Shown in pieces: positions 7,250-15,509 of a DNA stretch of 64,000 nucleotides. Position 1 is the first letter of the stretch. Every line of letters starts with the position of its first letter. The position numbers and the translations under genes were made by a program. The notes under the pieces were generated by a model. That model made no database searches. It worked only from the letters and a program-made list of their open reading frames with translations, and was not told the DNA's origin. This stretch comes from Candidatus Margulisiibacteriota bacterium (GTDB taxonomy: Bacteria > Margulisbacteria > Termititenacia > CAZZFK01), in contig JBHPMC010000003.1 of NCBI GenBank assembly GCA_042562495.1, forward strand, positions 20,752 to 84,751. Direction: 5' to 3'.

Positions 7250-9580
7250 ATGAAAAAAATTCCAGAAGGCATTTTTTCGATCGGGATTGGAGAGACTAAG
7301 CAGGTCAAAGTTGGGCGTGAGAAGACCTGGCGTTGGGTAAAAGGTTTCTTAGGTATACCGAAGAGAATAAAGATCAAAATGATGGATACCTATCCTCATG
7401 GTGCTCCGGTCGGTGGTTTCGGTGCAGGAACGATTGGTCGTACACCAGATGGTGATTTTTCAGTATGGCACTTAGCTACAGGGCGTCACGTTTATGAGAA
7501 TATTCCGGCCTGTCAATTCCATGTATTCCAGAAGCAGGGTAAGAAAAAAGTAGTACAGTCACTTTCCGCCAGCAAGCCCAAGGGTAGGCAATTGAGTAGC
7601 TTTAAGTGGAAATACCCCAAAGGGCAGGGTAAATATTCAGCGCTATATCCAAAATCATTCTTTGAATATAATGCAGAAAAATTACCGATGAAATTATCCT
7701 GTACGCAATTCTCTCCGATACTCCCGGATAATTATAAAGAGACCAGCTATCCCGTTGCGATATATGTCTATCGAGGGAAGAACGAGACAAAAGAACCAAT
7801 AAAATTATCCTTGATGTTGACCTGGGAGAATATCGTGGGCTGGGATGTTACTTGGCCAAAGGCCCAGCATAATTCCGAGCAATGTTACTGGATCAAAAAC
7901 GCCGGGGATACTGTTCATGAAGTGGTTGATACTAAAAAAAGCGTGAATCTGATCCTTTCTAAAAGAAAAAAAATAGAGCAATTTTGCTTGAGCGTACCTA
8001 AGGATAAAAAACATATTATCTCCTATCAAAAGGATTTTAATCCAAGAAGTTCCGGCAAGATCGTATGGAAAACTTTTTCTAAGAACGGGATCTTGAAGAA
8101 TAAAAAAGTTAGAGCTGAAAAAAAGAGAAATGCGGCTGCTCTTGCCCTTAAAACAATTGTCTTTCCTGGGGAAGAGATCGAGATCCCTTTTGTTCTGGCT
8201 TGGGATTATCCAAAGCATGAATTCAAGGATAATAAGTTCTTTTACCGTTATTACACAAAACATTTTAACGATAAGGGCCGGGGGGCTTTAAAGGTTGCCC
8301 AAGAGGGGATCAAGAATTATAAGCAGTGGGAGAGGGCAATTGATAAATGGCAAGCAGCCTATCTTAAAAATTATAAACCTTGGCTCACATCTTTTTTATT
8401 CAATGAGCTTTATTATTTGGCTGATGGTGGAGCTATTTGGGATGCTAAAACCGGAGATTTTGGATTGCTGGAATGTTACGACTACTTTTTTTACGAAACC
8501 TTGGATGTACGTTTTTACGGTTCTTTTCCGATCTTGAAATTTTGGCCGAAATTAGAAAAACAAGTGATGAGCAATTTTGCAAAAGCAGTGCTTAAAGAAG
8601 ATCCAACTTTTACGAGATTTTGGGAATATAATTGGAAGATCGATGAGCCAATCACTGAAGAGCCCAAACATGTCTATTCCGGCCCTTTAAAGGTCAAAGG
8701 AGCATGCCCCCATGATCTGGGAAGCTTGCGGGATCATCCTTTGAAGAAGATGAATTCATATGTTTGGCGCAATCCCAATCATTGGAAGGATATTAATTCT
8801 AAATTCGTGCTTTTGATCTATAGGGATTATGTTAATGGCGGTAAGGATAAAAAGTTCTTAAAAGATTCTTGGCCGGCTGTTAAAGAGGCCATGTATTTCT
8901 TGAAGAAGATGGATAAGGATGATGATGGCTTGGTCGAGAATGAAGGATTCCCTGATCAAACCTATGATAATTGGCCTATGAGCGGAGTTTCTGCATATTG
9001 TGCAACATTATGGTTGGCTGCACTGGAATCAGCTATTCAGATCGGCAGGATCCTTAAAAGGAATGCTGAAACGAAAGAGTTCAAGGCCTGGTTGAATTTA
9101 GGCAAGAAAAATCTTGAGCAAAAATTATGGAACGGGAGATACTTTAATTGTTTTGAGGGATGTAAGGATATTTTTTCTGATCAATTAGTAGGGCAGTGGT
9201 ATGCACAAAAATTAAAGTTACCAAATCTAGTAAATGCTTCAAAAATAAAAAGTTCTTTGCAGAATATCTATAAATATAATGTGCTGACTTTTGGGGCGGG
9301 CAAGATCGGTGCGGTGAATGGCCGGCAGAAAAGCGGCCTGCCTTGTGGCCATGAACAAGGAGATGATGCCTGGGTCGGTACGAATTGTTTTGTGGCAGGC
9401 TTAATGTTAACTAATGGAATGAAAAATGAAGGATGGCAGGTCTTAAAAGGCGTATATGATGTAATTTATAATAAAAAAGGGTATTATTTTAGAACACCGG
9501 AAGGCTATCGTGAGAACGGTGATTTTGTAGGGACCATGTATATGCGCCCTTTAGCGATCTGGTCTATAGTTGATATATAA
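7250..9580 (+). CDS. GH116 beta-glucosidase (GBA2-type non-lysosomal glucosylceramidase-like)
   Basis: 776 aa. The N-terminal GAPVGGFGAGTIGRTPDGDFSVWHL motif is characteristic of the GBA2 N-terminal domain, followed by a long (alpha/alpha)6-type C-terminal half. Confidence 0.75.
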   Translation: MKKIPEGIFSIGIGETKQVKVGREKTWRWVKGFLGIPKRIKIKMMDTYPHGAPVGGFGAGTIGRTPDGDFSVWHLATGRHVYENIPACQFHVFQKQGKKKVVQSLSASKPKGRQLSSFKWKYPKGQGKYSALYPKSFFEYNAEKLPMKLSCTQFSPILPDNYKETSYPVAIYVYRGKNETKEPIKLSLMLTWENIVGWDVTWPKAQHNSEQCYWIKNAGDTVHEVVDTKKSVNLILSKRKKIEQFCLSVPKDKKHIISYQKDFNPRSSGKIVWKTFSKNGILKNKKVRAEKKRNAAALALKTIVFPGEEIEIPFVLAWDYPKHEFKDNKFFYRYYTKHFNDKGRGALKVAQEGIKNYKQWERAIDKWQAAYLKNYKPWLTSFLFNELYYLADGGAIWDAKTGDFGLLECYDYFFYETLDVRFYGSFPILKFWPKLEKQVMSNFAKAVLKEDPTFTRFWEYNWKIDEPITEEPKHVYSGPLKVKGACPHDLGSLRDHPLKKMNSYVWRNPNHWKDINSKFVLLIYRDYVNGGKDKKFLKDSWPAVKEAMYFLKKMDKDDDGLVENEGFPDQTYDNWPMSGVSAYCATLWLAALESAIQIGRILKRNAETKEFKAWLNLGKKNLEQKLWNGRYFNCFEGCKDIFSDQLVGQWYAQKLKLPNLVNASKIKSSLQNIYKYNVLTFGAGKIGAVNGRQKSGLPCGHEQGDDAWVGTNCFVAGLMLTNGMKNEGWQVLKGVYDVIYNKKGYYFRTPEGYRENGDFVGTMYMRPLAIWSIVDI

Positions 9581-9589
9581 GGAGATTCT

Positions 9590-10534
9590 ATGATCACAAC
9601 AGTTACACTTAATCCGGCATTAGATATGACACTTGGTGTTAAAGCATTCAAGGCAGATGATTCCAATCGTGTGCAATGGGTACTTAAGAATCCGGGGGGC
9701 AAGGGCATAAATGTTTCTCGTGTGGTCAATGTTTTAGGCGGACTGGTGAATACAGTTGCATTTGTTGGGGGGCATGCCGGGGCACAGCTTAGAGAATTAT
9801 TAAAAGAAGAGGGTGTCATTCTTTGGGAAGTAGAAGCTTTAGAGGAAACTCGTACCAATGTTACTTTTGTCGTAGAAAAAGATAAAACTCAGACCAGGTT
9901 AAACCAAAAGGGTGCAAAAATAACACCCAAAGAATTAAAAAGTCTGTTCAATCTTATTTCCCAGGTAGGGGATAATGCGGATTTCTTAGTGATAAGCGGT
10001 TCTCTTCCACCAAATGTCAGCAAGGATACTTATCAAAAGATAATCAAATTAGTAAAGTCAAAAAGCGATAGGGTTAGGATAGTCCTTGATGCAGATGGTG
10101 AAGTATTGCAAAAAGGATTAAAAGCAAGGCCTTTTCTCGTCAAGCCAAATATTCATGAACTTGAGCGTTTGGTAAAAGATAAAATTAAGACAGAGCGAGA
10201 TATTTGTAGAGCTGCACTTAAAGTGCAAGAAATGGGAGCCGCTAATGTTATTGTCTCGAGGGGTGCCAAAGGGATCATTGCCTTAAGCGAGTATGGCGAG
10301 TATTTTAGCGCCGTTGGGCCAAAAATTAAGGTTGCTAGCACTGTTGGAGCAGGTGATTCATTTATTGCAGGTGTTATTTTTAAACTGGACCAGAAAGCAA
10401 CCTTTAAAGAAGCACTAGCCTATGGAGTCGCTGTGAGCTCAGCGATGGTAATGACGCCTGGCACAGAATTATGTAGGCCATCAGATGTTAAAAAACTGGT
10501 GCGTAAAGTAAAACTTAATACTCTAGATATCTAA
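9590..10534 (+). CDS. PfkB-family hexose-phosphate kinase (1-phosphofructokinase / tagatose-6-P kinase type)
   Basis: MITTVTLNPALDMTL N-terminus and GAGDSFIAG ATP-site motif. A GGAG RBS lies 5 nt upstream. Confidence 0.8.
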   Translation: MITTVTLNPALDMTLGVKAFKADDSNRVQWVLKNPGGKGINVSRVVNVLGGLVNTVAFVGGHAGAQLRELLKEEGVILWEVEALEETRTNVTFVVEKDKTQTRLNQKGAKITPKELKSLFNLISQVGDNADFLVISGSLPPNVSKDTYQKIIKLVKSKSDRVRIVLDADGEVLQKGLKARPFLVKPNIHELERLVKDKIKTERDICRAALKVQEMGAANVIVSRGAKGIIALSEYGEYFSAVGPKIKVASTVGAGDSFIAGVIFKLDQKATFKEALAYGVAVSSAMVMTPGTELCRPSDVKKLVRKVKLNTLDI

Positions 10535-10567
10535 TATCAGATTTCCTTTCTGTATTAATAAAAATTG

Positions 10568-10597
10568 TTGCATCTCAATTTTAAATTATGCTAAAAT
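10568..10597 (+). promoter_or_regulatory. Candidate sigma70-type promoter for the 631-aa cargo / barrel-SLH operon
   Basis: TTGCAT (10568..10573), an 18-nt spacer, then TAAAAT (10592..10597), about 105 nt upstream of the ATG. The genome is AT-rich, so a chance match is possible. Confidence 0.3.
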
Positions 10598-10702
10598 ACA
10601 CCCAACTTGGTCACTAAAGCACAGGTTGACTTAATCCCCCCATTAATTAGTCATCCATATTTATTGTGCTGTGTAGTGTAATTATTTATAAATGGGGTAG
10701 TT

Positions 10703-12598
10703 ATGTTAAAGAAGTTAAAATTCTTTCTTCTAGTTTTCCTGCTTTTAGGATTAACGATCACTCAAGTAAATGCATTTACCAATGGTGGCTATGTTGACGG
10801 ACAAACTCCTGGTGATTGCTATCTAACTTTTGGGATCAGTTCCTTTGTAAGTAGTAATACCGTTAATGTAAATACGATCCGGATAGATAGTGTTATATCA
10901 GACCGGGTCTATGTTTCAACAAATATGTCCAATATCCCGGTAAGTGTATCAGTAACCAATACCGGCGAGATCACAGCTACCTTTAATTTGAATTTGAGTA
11001 TATTTAACAGTACTTTAGGAACAGCCGCAGGTGGTTTTAATGTCGCGGGTAGTGGAACATTTACTTTAGCTCCTGGAACAACCTCAATATATTTATTTAC
11101 TGTTAATCCAGTTGGACCGCTTACGCCTACTTTCCCAGTAATAGTAGATGCAGTTGCTGCTGCGCCTGGCCCCTGGGGGCCGTTAGGCGATGATAATTGG
11201 TGGATTGCGATCGACGGTTCTTCAGTAACTGGTGCGGTCAGTCCGTGGTTGTGGGATACCAGAAATTTGCCGGCACCTATATCGATCCTGGTCACGCCAA
11301 ATATTTCTCAAGGATATAATCCAACTGAGCTGCAAGTTACTTTCAGCCGAGCTATGGATGATACAAAAGTAGCGAATTTTGATGCAGTAAGTTCTGATGG
11401 GACAGTAATGGCCTCCTTCGCAGGTAATTGGATTTCAGCTGCTACTACTTTAAGCTGGGTGGGTACGGTTGATACTACAACTTGGCCAGATGGCTTATAT
11501 CATGTCTCAGGCGATAGCGCCGTAGATTCTATGGGCATAACCATGAACCAAGATCCTTTTATTTTAGCTTACACTTTCGAAATAGACCGTTTAACGCCGA
11601 CAGTTAACTTATATCATAATCCTACTGCAAATCCGGGCTTTATTTTCCCGGTCACATTAGTTGCGGTTGATTTTGATGTAATACCTTTAGCTCCGGATCT
11701 TTGGGCGGAATTTTTATTAGATACTGGATTGACCACTTCTGTTCAAGTAACGGGCTGGGCTTCGGCAGGGGGACAAGGGATCACCTGGTCTGGAACTGTG
11801 GCGGTACCTATAAATGCTACACAGAATTCTATAGCAACGTTTAATAATCTTTCTGTTACAGATAATGCAGGATTATTTTCCAATGTTATAAATTCTGGTG
11901 CTACTTTTAATATAGGCGCAGGCGGGCCATATATTACAAATCTAACCTTTGATGGATTAGTAGTAATCAACGGGGATGTTATAGATCCTTTGCCTCAAAT
12001 ACGCTTCTTTATAGTTGATGGTGGAAGTTCTAGCGGCACACCGGGTATTGCCACAGCAAGTATTCGGATCACTATGAACGGTACATTGCTTGTTTCGGGC
12101 AATGCTTTAACTCAAGTAGGGACAACTCCATTTCGTACATATGAATGTATCTACAATATACCCAATGATCTTCCGGAAGGCACATATACTTTTGAGTTCG
12201 GGGCAAGTGATAGTGATGGTATCGCAGCGGTACCAGTTGTTGTCGTTGTGCGTGTTGTAGGAGGAGGCGTTGATCTTATACGCCAGCCTATAAACTGGAC
12301 AAATCCTTTCTCGCCAAATGGGGATGGAGTAGAAGATATTACTTATATAATTTATGAATTAACCAGATCTACTCCAGTAAGACTATATATCTTTAATATG
12401 GATGGAGAGATCGTCTGGAGAAAAGATATTGATGAAGGTCAGGAAGGTGGTCATGCCGGTTACAATGCAGTGGTTTGGGATGGATTTACTAGTTTCGGGG
12501 ATGATCTGCCTAATGGTGTATATATTGCACACGTCATCGTAAATGACAGAGGTACAAGAAAATCGCTTGGTAGGGCGAGAATAGTTATCTTGAAGTAA
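10703..12598 (+). CDS. Secreted surface protein (631 aa) with CARDB/Ig-like modules and a C-terminal FlgD-Ig/T9SS-CTD-like domain (cargo 1)
   Basis: Signal peptide MLKKLKFFLLVFLLLGLTITQVNA. Thr/Asn/Val-rich beta-sandwich-like sequence. The C-terminus carries the shared CTD. Confidence 0.75.
   Translation: MLKKLKFFLLVFLLLGLTITQVNAFTNGGYVDGQTPGDCYLTFGISSFVSSNTVNVNTIRIDSVISDRVYVSTNMSNIPVSVSVTNTGEITATFNLNLSIFNSTLGTAAGGFNVAGSGTFTLAPGTTSIYLFTVNPVGPLTPTFPVIVDAVAAAPGPWGPLGDDNWWIAIDGSSVTGAVSPWLWDTRNLPAPISILVTPNISQGYNPTELQVTFSRAMDDTKVANFDAVSSDGTVMASFAGNWISAATTLSWVGTVDTTTWPDGLYHVSGDSAVDSMGITMNQDPFILAYTFEIDRLTPTVNLYHNPTANPGFIFPVTLVAVDFDVIPLAPDLWAEFLLDTGLTTSVQVTGWASAGGQGITWSGTVAVPINATQNSIATFNNLSVTDNAGLFSNVINSGATFNIGAGGPYITNLTFDGLVVINGDVIDPLPQIRFFIVDGGSSSGTPGIATASIRITMNGTLLVSGNALTQVGTTPFRTYECIYNIPNDLPEGTYTFEFGASDSDGIAAVPVVVVVRVVGGGVDLIRQPINWTNPFSPNGDGVEDITYIIYELTRSTPVRLYIFNMDGEIVWRKDIDEGQEGGHAGYNAVVWDGFTSFGDDLPNGVYIAHVIVNDRGTRKSLGRARIVILK
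12287..12595 (+). other. CTD copy 1 (FlgD-Ig / T9SS type-A CTD-like sorting domain)
   Basis: PINWTNPFSPNGDGVEDITYIIYEL...VRLYIFNMDGEIVW...GYNAVVWDG...PNGVYIAHVIV...RARIVILK*. Confidence 0.65.
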
Positions 12599-12632
12599 GG
12601 TTATACCTGTGTGTTGGGGGGACAGGGTAAGA

Positions 12633-15509
12633 ATGAATAAGCGTTTCTTATTATTGCTCATTTTAGTGGGGGTACTATTGCTACCTGCTTTGGCTACAGC
12701 TGAAGTTGGTGCGAGTGATCCTTCCAGATTAAGCGTTGGTGCGCGACCATTAGGCATGGGCCGTATGTTCATTCCTGTAGCCAATGATGCCAGCGCAGTA
12801 TTTATGAATCCCGCAGGTATGCCTCAAGCAAAAGAACTCCAATTCATGACCATGGGGTCGCAAGTTGTCTGGGCAGTAGATTATCAGACCATAGGTTTTG
12901 TTCTGCCCGTTGGGAAATGGGGTGCTTTAGGTTTAGGTTATGCCGGTCGTAATGTTCCGGATATTGCTTTGTTTTCTGCTTCGGCTTCGATCAATAACCG
13001 CGTAGATAGAAGAGCAGCTGATTATGGATCATTCTCTGACAGTGCCTTATTGCTGAGTTGGGCCAGGCGTTTTGACCTATTCGGGCTAAAACGCGTAGGC
13101 TTGGGAGGAAGTTTTAAGTTCTTTCAGAAAAACGGGACCGGGTCATCAGCATTAGATGATGCTAATGCCACAGGTACTAATTTGGATCTGGGTGTGCATT
13201 GGAATTGGAAAGATGATATTAATTTTGCTTTCACAGGGCAAAATGTGTTGCGGCCATCAGATAAATCCGGGACCGGTGTCCTGATCTGGGATACAGGTGA
13301 GCGAGAGTATTTTGATTCTATATATAAGGTAGGCGTGAGCAATAGGTTTTTTGAGCGCAGAGTACTGGCCGGTATAGAATATGAAAAGAACGGAAGCCAG
13401 CCTAATTATCCCGGCATCGGTCATATAGGTGTAGAGTGGCATCCAATAAATTCTTTATATGTACGAGGTGGTATAGATCAGGCATTTGCTATGCCCGATG
13501 TGGATGCTAATTCTCGATACGATATGCATAATAATGTAACTTTAGGTCTGGGCTTATTGGTTTCTGGATGGCGATTTGATTATGCCTACCATTTATTAAA
13601 TGACATTCCGAATTTAACTACACACTTTATATCTATTTCACTTGTTGGTGATGATGAGCTGGCGCCTATGGAGCCTCCGGAAGTTGAGGTGGCAGTAACC
13701 TCAGATATTCTGGAAGTGTTTACGCCAGAAGACAAGACCATCACGCACTCTTCCTCAATTCTTATTTCAGGAAGAGTTAGGGATCGCCAGAACGTGCGTA
13801 TCAATGGTGAAGATTTCCCTGTGGATGAAGAAGGTGGTTTTGCCACTATCGGTCAATTAGGTATCGGCAGAAATGATGTTATCGTTTCTGTTGAAAAATA
13901 TCCGGTTAAGATCTTAAGAAGGGTATTGCGCTTAGCTTCATTTGTTGATGTGACAAAACAACCGTATAAAGATCCGATCGAATATTTAGCTACGCTTGGT
14001 TTTGTTGGAGAAGATTATGATGGCTTCTTTAAGCCCGATCGTTATGTGACCCGGCAAGAAGCGGCCAGTATGCTGGTCAAAATGCGTAATATTTCCTTGC
14101 CTGTCACAATGCGTGGGATCTGGGAAGATATTGATCTTGCTGCCAGCCAGGGCTTGATCGTTGGTTTCCCTGATGGTTTGTTCCGACCAGCAGAAAAATT
14201 GACCAGAGCTCAATTGGCAGTTATTTTGGCGCGTTTTGAGAACTTGCCGCTACCAAGTAAGACCACGTTGCCTTTAGCCCAAAGATATCTTGCTCAAGAG
14301 CACTGGGCTGCAGGGGCCGTGCAAGCTTTAGTGAATACTGGCTTATACAATTCAGAGGAGTTCAGCCCGCTATCCGGTCCGGTCACTAAGCAGGAATTGG
14401 TAATGGCGTTTTATAAGACCAGTTATGTCCAACGCAGAGTGAATAATATGCTCAATTTCATTGATGAACCGATCACGCCGACCATTCCTAAGAGGGCCAA
14501 TTTATTTATGCGCATATCACAGCCGGTCGATAGTGATGAAAAGCAGATATTTGAGCAGATCATGACCGGGAAGAAAGTGGTAGTGGAAGAGACGGTCGTT
14601 GAATCAGTCGGGAAGTTGACGCCTGAAGCCCCAGCATCAGATATAGATATTTATCAAATGATCGTTGCTAAGAAGGCGATCACCGATGTTGCAAAAGGTT
14701 CTGTAAAAGCACCACTGATGACCTTAATAAAGCCTATCGATAAAACAATAACTTATAAAAATATTGTTGTGGCCCAGGGTTCGGTGAAGAATGCTTCAAA
14801 ATTGTTGATCGATAATCAATCCATATACTTAAAACCTGGCGGTAAGTTCTATAAGAAAATCAAATTAAGTAAATTCGGGAAAAGAAAAATAGAGTTTAAG
14901 GCTACGAATAAAAGCGGAGGAACCTTGAGGAAAACGGTCAGAGTGCTTTATCTGCCAACAGTTAATGATATTGTCGAAGGTTCTTATAAAAAGACTGTTT
15001 CAGGCTTGGTTGCCTTAGGGTATTTAAAATTGGACAGTAAGAATAATTATGATCCTGCCAAGGATATGACCAGGGGGGAGTGGGCCTCTCTTCTATTTAA
15101 AGCCAAAGGGCTTGCACCTGTTGTCCTAAAATATAAAGATGTGCCGGCAACTTATCCATATGCCAAGAGGGTCGGCGCTGTAGCTAAAGCAGGTTATCTG
15201 CCTCCGGTTAGCCCGACACTCTATAAACCAAATGATCCATTAAGCCGAGCACGGGCCGGGATCAGTTTGGCTAAGCTGGAAGGATTAAAAGTGGAACAAT
15301 ATGCAGGTAAGACCGGGTTTAGTGATGTTTCAGTCAAACAGGATTATGCTAAATATTTAGCAGCTGCTAAAGCAGCAGGTATTCTCAAAGGTGAAACCTA
15401 TAAACCAATGAATAATTTAACCAAATTATCGGCCGCGCAACTTATTGCTGGGACTTCAAAAACAAGACAAAAACTGGCCGATCTATATGATTGGAATAAA
15501 GGTTACTAG
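12633..15509 (+). CDS. FadL/PorV-like OM beta-barrel fused to two triplets of SLH domains (barrel 1)
   Basis: Start chosen at MNKRFLLLLILVGVLLLPALATA (the track GTG at 12609 adds 8 aa). Hatch motif VGARPLGMGRMFIPVANDASAVFMNPAGM. The barrel ends with HFISISL (~13645) followed by an acidic linker. SLH-like repeats include FVDVTKQPYKDPIEYLATLGFVG...VTRQEAASMLVKM, WEDIDLAASQGLIVGFPDGLFRPAEKLTRAQLAVILAR and FSDVSVKQDYAKYLAAAKAAGILKG, among others (~13941..14430 and ~14962..15470). Confidence 0.7.
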   Translation: MNKRFLLLLILVGVLLLPALATAEVGASDPSRLSVGARPLGMGRMFIPVANDASAVFMNPAGMPQAKELQFMTMGSQVVWAVDYQTIGFVLPVGKWGALGLGYAGRNVPDIALFSASASINNRVDRRAADYGSFSDSALLLSWARRFDLFGLKRVGLGGSFKFFQKNGTGSSALDDANATGTNLDLGVHWNWKDDINFAFTGQNVLRPSDKSGTGVLIWDTGEREYFDSIYKVGVSNRFFERRVLAGIEYEKNGSQPNYPGIGHIGVEWHPINSLYVRGGIDQAFAMPDVDANSRYDMHNNVTLGLGLLVSGWRFDYAYHLLNDIPNLTTHFISISLVGDDELAPMEPPEVEVAVTSDILEVFTPEDKTITHSSSILISGRVRDRQNVRINGEDFPVDEEGGFATIGQLGIGRNDVIVSVEKYPVKILRRVLRLASFVDVTKQPYKDPIEYLATLGFVGEDYDGFFKPDRYVTRQEAASMLVKMRNISLPVTMRGIWEDIDLAASQGLIVGFPDGLFRPAEKLTRAQLAVILARFENLPLPSKTTLPLAQRYLAQEHWAAGAVQALVNTGLYNSEEFSPLSGPVTKQELVMAFYKTSYVQRRVNNMLNFIDEPITPTIPKRANLFMRISQPVDSDEKQIFEQIMTGKKVVVEETVVESVGKLTPEAPASDIDIYQMIVAKKAITDVAKGSVKAPLMTLIKPIDKTITYKNIVVAQGSVKNASKLLIDNQSIYLKPGGKFYKKIKLSKFGKRKIEFKATNKSGGTLRKTVRVLYLPTVNDIVEGSYKKTVSGLVALGYLKLDSKNNYDPAKDMTRGEWASLLFKAKGLAPVVLKYKDVPATYPYAKRVGAVAKAGYLPPVSPTLYKPNDPLSRARAGISLAKLEGLKVEQYAGKTGFSDVSVKQDYAKYLAAAKAAGILKGETYKPMNNLTKLSAAQLIAGTSKTRQKLADLYDWNKGY

